Shown here piece after piece: positions 30,099-32,000 of a DNA stretch of 32,000 bases. The stretch lies in contig NZ_CP089977.1 in the NCBI RefSeq assembly GCF_025643275.1, forward strand, positions 1,230,001-1,262,000, read 5' to 3'. The DNA is from Moraxella nasicaprae. GTDB lineage: Bacteria > Pseudomonadota > Gammaproteobacteria > Pseudomonadales > Moraxellaceae. The first letter of the stretch is position 1, and the number at the start of each line of letters is the position of its first letter. Below the pieces are notes generated by a model, which saw only the letters and a program-made list of their open reading frames with translations, had not been told where the DNA came from and did not search any database. The position numbers and the translations under genes are program-made.

Positions 30099-30749
30099 AT
30101 GAATAAATTTTATCCAATCATTGCTTTGGCTTTATTTTCAACAGGAGCATTGGCAAATGTTGATGGTGTGTATGTGCAGGGTTCTGTTGGCTTATCCAAA
30201 TTAAGCACCAAACATGACGGTGAAAAATTGACCGATGATAAGGCACTCATCAGAGCAAGCGTTGGCAAGCAGGTTGGCAATATGCGTTATGCACTTGATT
30301 ATAGTGATTTTGGTAAAGTTGAGTCGGTACAGACAGAAGTGTTTGAGGCGGATGAAGGTTATCATAATGGACCTTATATTGAGACCGAAACCATGTTGGA
30401 TAACATCAAAGTGCGTTCATTTGGTGTATCGGCAATCTATGATTTTCCATTACATTCTGCCGTCAATGCGTATGCAGGTCTTAGAGTGGGGGCAAATAAG
30501 ATTGATGCCAAACAGCAAAGCAGAACAAAAACAGTCTATGACAACAAAGAGCTTGGCACAACTGAGGTTGCCAGTCAGCATCAGCAAGCCAAAACCAAGA
30601 TTGGCGTTGGTGTGTTAGCAGGTGTGCAATACCAGCTGACATCAAATGTGGCACTAGATGCAGGCGTGGAATACAATCAACTGGGCAAATCTGACCAAAT
30701 CAAGGCTCATCAGTATGGCATCACTGCTGGTCTGCGTTACAATTTCTAA
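30099..30749 (+). CDS. small outer-membrane beta-barrel protein, Opa-like/OmpA-like type (paralog 3)
   Basis: 216 aa with signal peptide MNKFYPIIALALFSTGALA. It has the same conserved strand blocks and GLRYNF terminus. Confidence 0.8.
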   Translation: MNKFYPIIALALFSTGALANVDGVYVQGSVGLSKLSTKHDGEKLTDDKALIRASVGKQVGNMRYALDYSDFGKVESVQTEVFEADEGYHNGPYIETETMLDNIKVRSFGVSAIYDFPLHSAVNAYAGLRVGANKIDAKQQSRTKTVYDNKELGTTEVASQHQQAKTKIGVGVLAGVQYQLTSNVALDAGVEYNQLGKSDQIKAHQYGITAGLRYNF

Positions 30750-30766
30750 TCGTCATGCCCATCATC

Positions 30767-30795
30767 AAACCCATCGTGCAGGCGGTGGGTTTTTG
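30767..30795 (+). terminator. rho-independent terminator after OMP paralog 3
   Basis: Third copy of the AAACCCATCG / CGGTGGGTTT hairpin plus T-run. Confidence 0.7.
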
Positions 30796-30829
30796 TATAA
30801 AAATCTGCCAATTTCCCAAAACAAAAAAG

Positions 30830-30858
30830 CTGACTTTTGCTAAATTAACTGTTATAAT
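30830..30858 (+). promoter_or_regulatory. candidate rpsO promoter (CTGACT-17 bp-TATAAT)
   Basis: Perfect TATAAT at 30853-30858 and a weak -35, CTGACT, at 30830-30835. Confidence 0.4.
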
Positions 30859-30863
30859 AATAA

Positions 30864-30949
30864 GCTAAGTGCCAATTTGGCTTAGGCAGGCTTTAGCAAT
30901 GCAACGCTTGCCCGAATAATATTGCATTGCCCAATTAGGAATATCGATT
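30864..30949 (+). promoter_or_regulatory. structured rpsO 5' leader (candidate S15 autoregulatory element)
   Basis: Two hairpins: CTAAG..CC/GG..CTTAG (about 30866-30886) and the perfect 8-bp GCAATGCA (30896-30903)/TGCATTGC (30923-30930), ending just before SD AGGAA. S15 is known to autoregulate through leader structures in gammaproteobacteria. Confidence 0.35.
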
Positions 30950-31216
30950 ATGCTAACTAATCAAGATCGTGAAGCAATCATTGCACAATACAAGCGTGGC
31001 GAGAATGACACTGGTAGCCCAGAGGTTCAAGTTGCCCTATTGACCGCTCGTATCAACGACCTACAAGACCACTTCAAAACTCACAAAGCTGACCATCACA
31101 GCCGTCGTGGTCTAATCCGTATGGTAAACCAACGCCGTAAATTGCTAGACTACCTAAAAGGTAAAGACCTAAACCGCTATACCGACCTAATCGGTTCATT
31201 GGGTCTGCGTCGTTAA
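30950..31216 (+). CDS. rpsO: 30S ribosomal protein S15
   Basis: 88 aa with [39 protein letters not shown], unmistakably S15. Confidence 0.95.
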   Translation: MLTNQDREAIIAQYKRGENDTGSPEVQVALLTARINDLQDHFKTHKADHHSRRGLIRMVNQRRKLLDYLKGKDLNRYTDLIGSLGLRR

Positions 31217-31255
31217 TCACTCTGTTGAGTGGCGATGATTGCGTAACGCAACAAG

Positions 31256-31290
31256 AAACGGCGTGCTTTGGCGTGCCGTTTTTATTTTTT
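31256..31290 (+). terminator. rho-independent terminator/attenuator after rpsO
   Basis: About 11-bp stem AAACGGCGTGC / GCGTGCCGTTT (two G-U pairs), 4-nt loop, then TTTTTATTTTTT. Confidence 0.75.
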
Positions 31291-31383
31291 GATGGCGATT
31301 AGAACTCTAAGGCATAAGGTTGTCGGGCTTTATTCCTTAGGGCTTTAATTAAGCCATCTGACTGATAAATAAAAGGAAACAAT

Positions 31384-32000
31384 ATGTTTAATGTCATTCG
31401 TCAAGAATTTCAATACGGCAACCAGCAGGTTGTATTAGAAACAGGTCGTGTCGCTCGCCAAGCCAATTCGGTGGTGGTGCATATGGGCGGCGTGTCTGTG
31501 TTAGTGGCTGTCGTGGTTCGTCCAGAAGCTGTTGCAGGTCAGAACTTTTTTCCATTGACCGTCAATTATCAAGAAAAAATGTACGCATCAGGCAAAATCC
31601 CTGGTGGCTATGGCAAGCGTGAAGGTCGTGCCTCAGAATTTGAGACTTTGACCAGCCGTTTGATTGACCGTCCGATTCGTCCACTGTTCCCAGAAGGTTA
31701 TTTTAACGAAATTCAAGTGACCGCCACGGTGATTTCATCAGACAAATCACAAGATGCTGACATCGCAGCGATGATTGGTGCATCAGCAGCACTTGCCATT
31801 TCGCCAGCACCGTTTAATGGTCCGATTGGTGCTGCTCGTGTGGGCTTTATTGATGGCGAATATGTGCTAAACCCAAGCCTTGCCCAAATGAAACAAAGTC
31901 AGCTTGACCTTGTGGTGGCAGGTACTAAGGCTGCTGTTTTGATGGTAGAGTCAGAAGCTGATGAGCTGTCAGAAGACCAAATGCTTGGTGCGGTATTGTA
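31384..32000 (+). CDS. pnp: polynucleotide phosphorylase (N-terminal about 205 aa; continues past the right edge)
   Basis: My own translation gives [27 protein letters not shown]...[28 protein letters not shown]...[13 protein letters not shown]...[19 protein letters not shown]. This aligns closely to E. coli PNPase. SD AAGGAAA. It is not in the ORF track because it is edge-truncated. Confidence 0.95.
   Translation, partial: MFNVIRQEFQYGNQQVVLETGRVARQANSVVVHMGGVSVLVAVVVRPEAVAGQNFFPLTVNYQEKMYASGKIPGGYGKREGRASEFETLTSRLIDRPIRPLFPEGYFNEIQVTATVISSDKSQDADIAAMIGASAALAISPAPFNGPIGAARVGFIDGEYVLNPSLAQMKQSQLDLVVAGTKAAVLMVESEADELSEDQMLGAVL

Noticed and set aside
28284-30800. OMP array as a mobile genomic island.
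   Set aside because: There is no integrase or transposase, no tRNA-adjacent att-like direct repeats at the borders, and the flanks (truB 3' end, rpsO promoter) look intact. Tandem duplication and divergence fits better.

Overview
This window looks like an ordinary chromosomal, mostly housekeeping segment of a gammaproteobacterium. Gene order, moderate GC and codon style suggest Moraxellaceae (Moraxella-like), which is inference only. I support 27 CDS, two of them cut by the window edges and absent from the ORF track: prlC at the left on the minus strand and pnp at the right on the plus strand. I also support 2 tRNAs.

Gene order is prlC(-), rdgB, a small membrane protein(-), tig-clpP-clpX, a thioesterase(-) divergent from fadB-fadA, a patatin-like lipoprotein(-), recG, yceI, then coaE-pilD-pilC-pilB (all minus). 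This is followed by tpiA, secG, tRNA-Leu(GAG), tRNA-fMet, rimP-nusA-infB-rbfA-truB, three tandem small beta-barrel outer-membrane protein paralogs, and rpsO-pnp. Many ORF-track starts carry spurious N-terminal extensions, which I trimmed to starts consistent with homolog N-termini or signal peptides.

The only clearly accessory-looking segment is about 28.3-30.8 kb. There, three diverged Opa-like OMP genes sit inside the otherwise widely conserved truB-rpsO junction. The first one has a G9 homopolymer that makes up half of a 17-bp promoter spacer, so it is a candidate phase-variation switch.

I found no CRISPR array, transposase, integrase, prophage or recognisable defence or toxin system. I do not think this window holds a novel multi-gene system beyond the OMP array. 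The other observations are small RNA-structure or regulatory oddities of modest interest.
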